In this document: in pieces, positions 39,219 to 39,861 of the stretch
Layout of the letters: every line of letters starts with the position of its first letter
Numbering within the stretch: the stretch's first letter is position 1
Assembly (NCBI GenBank): GCA_964515885.1
Contig: CAZEZZ010000001.1
Coordinates: 1-39,861 of the forward strand
Length of the DNA: 39,861 bases
Source: an uncultured Candidatus Saccharibacteria bacterium
Lineage (GTDB): Bacteria > Patescibacteriota > Minisyncoccia > Minisyncoccales > RBG-13-42-11
Reading direction: 5' to 3'
Notes under the pieces: generated by a model
What the model was told of the DNA's origin: nothing
Seen by the model: only the letters and a program-made list of their open reading frames with translations
Databases searched by the model: none
Made by a program: the position numbers and the translations under genes

Positions 39219-39809
39219 GTGAAAAAGTACCAGATAATATATGCTGACCCTCCTTGGAGTTACAACGATAAAAATTGTAATGGGGCGTGTGAGCCTCAAT
39301 ACAAAACTTTAAGTATTAGCGACTTGTGTGATTTATCTGTTAAAGATTTAGCTGACAAAGATTGTATGCTATTTTTATGGGCTACATACCCGATGTTACC
39401 CCAGGCTTTAAAATTAATTGAGGCCTGGGGCTTTACTTATAAAAGTATAGGCTTTCAGTGGATAAAACTTAATAAGAAAAATGGTAAGCCCTTTTACGGT
39501 TTAGGTAGATGGACAAGGGGTAATAGCGAGCCATGCTTAATAGCTGTTAAAGGAAAACCCAAAAGAGTTTCCAAAGCCGTATTTCAACTAATAATGACCC
39601 CAATAGAGGGTCACTCTAAAAAACCAGACATAGTTAGAAAAAGAATAGTAGAGCTTGTGGGTGACCTACCAAGAATAGAATTGTTTGCCAGGGGAGACAA
39701 GAGCAAGGACTTGCTTGGTGATAATAGATTTGATGGTTGGGACACTTGGGGAAACGAAGTTGAGAGTGATATTGAATTACAATCCAATAAGGAGGAGCCA
39801 TGTACTTAG
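39219..39809 (+). CDS. MT-A70-family N6-adenine DNA methyltransferase (orphan)
   Basis: IIYADPPWSY (DPPW catalytic motif) near the N-terminus. About 196 aa, typical of small phage MT-A70 enzymes. GTG start after GGAGGAGTGA. No adjacent restriction endonuclease. Confidence 0.85.
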   Translation: MKKYQIIYADPPWSYNDKNCNGACEPQYKTLSISDLCDLSVKDLADKDCMLFLWATYPMLPQALKLIEAWGFTYKSIGFQWIKLNKKNGKPFYGLGRWTRGNSEPCLIAVKGKPKRVSKAVFQLIMTPIEGHSKKPDIVRKRIVELVGDLPRIELFARGDKSKDLLGDNRFDGWDTWGNEVESDIELQSNKEEPCT

Positions 39810-39861
39810 ACAAAGTAAGCAAGGAGGGTACAGATTGTCAGCCAGAACAAACTATTAATAT
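39800..39861 (+). CDS. hypothetical protein, 5' part (ORF runs off the right edge)
   Basis: ATG 39800 follows AAGGAGGAGCC and overlaps the methyltransferase end. There are 20 codons plus 2 nt before the window ends. Confidence 0.5.
   Translation, partial: MYLDKVSKEGTDCQPEQTIN

Overview
The window looks like an essentially complete genome (about 40 kb) of a tailed dsDNA phage. It is AT-rich by eye, has strong AGGAGG-type Shine-Dalgarno sites, and shows very frequent ATGA/TAATG/TTGA stop-start overlaps. Two transcription arms diverge from an A/T-rich region at 30473-30615. The minus arm (30472 down to 2346) carries terS and terL, then an unusual 730-bp non-coding island, then portal, scaffold and major capsid. 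After these come a block of virion, tail and internal-protein genes with an HNH endonuclease and a GNAT-like gene embedded in it. The arm ends with a lysis cluster (M15 endolysin, several small membrane proteins, a lipoprotein), a 613-aa tail fibre, two tandem 114-aa paralogs and a 271-aa beta-helix protein. The gene order is podovirus-like; I recognise no tape-measure, tail-tube or sheath genes. The plus arm (30616 to 39861, apparently continuing at 1 to 2315) carries about 45 small early genes. Recognisable ones are a Cas4-like PD-(D/E)XK nuclease, a replisome-organiser-type protein, a Ros/MucR-like zinc-finger protein, an MT-A70 adenine methyltransferase, a VRR-NUC nuclease and a minimal HNH-like protein, plus many CxxC zinc-ribbon miniproteins. 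The arms converge on a hairpin at 2300-2325. An ORF starting at 39800 continues in frame into nt 1-181, so the window behaves like a circular or permuted complete genome. I recognise no DNA or RNA polymerase, helicase, primase, integrase, tRNA or CRISPR array. Six things are most worth a second look. (1) The terL-portal non-coding island, with a consensus promoter, a short terminated transcript and a long leader. (2) Two early proteins built from near-perfect in-frame tandem arrays (17 x 12 nt, x-S-V-x; 19 x 18 nt, x-x-I-x-A-G) in a translationally coupled string ending in the orphan methyltransferase. (3) A candidate origin (11-bp phased iterons plus an AT-rich hexamer tract) inside the replication gene, preceded by a uORF and terminator-hairpin arrangement. 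(4) The duplicated 114-aa cassette after the tail fibre. (5) A Cys-loop motif shared between an early membrane-type miniprotein and a virion-module protein. (6) Repeated intergenic sequence elements in the early arm. All functional calls rest on motifs read by eye; no database search was run.
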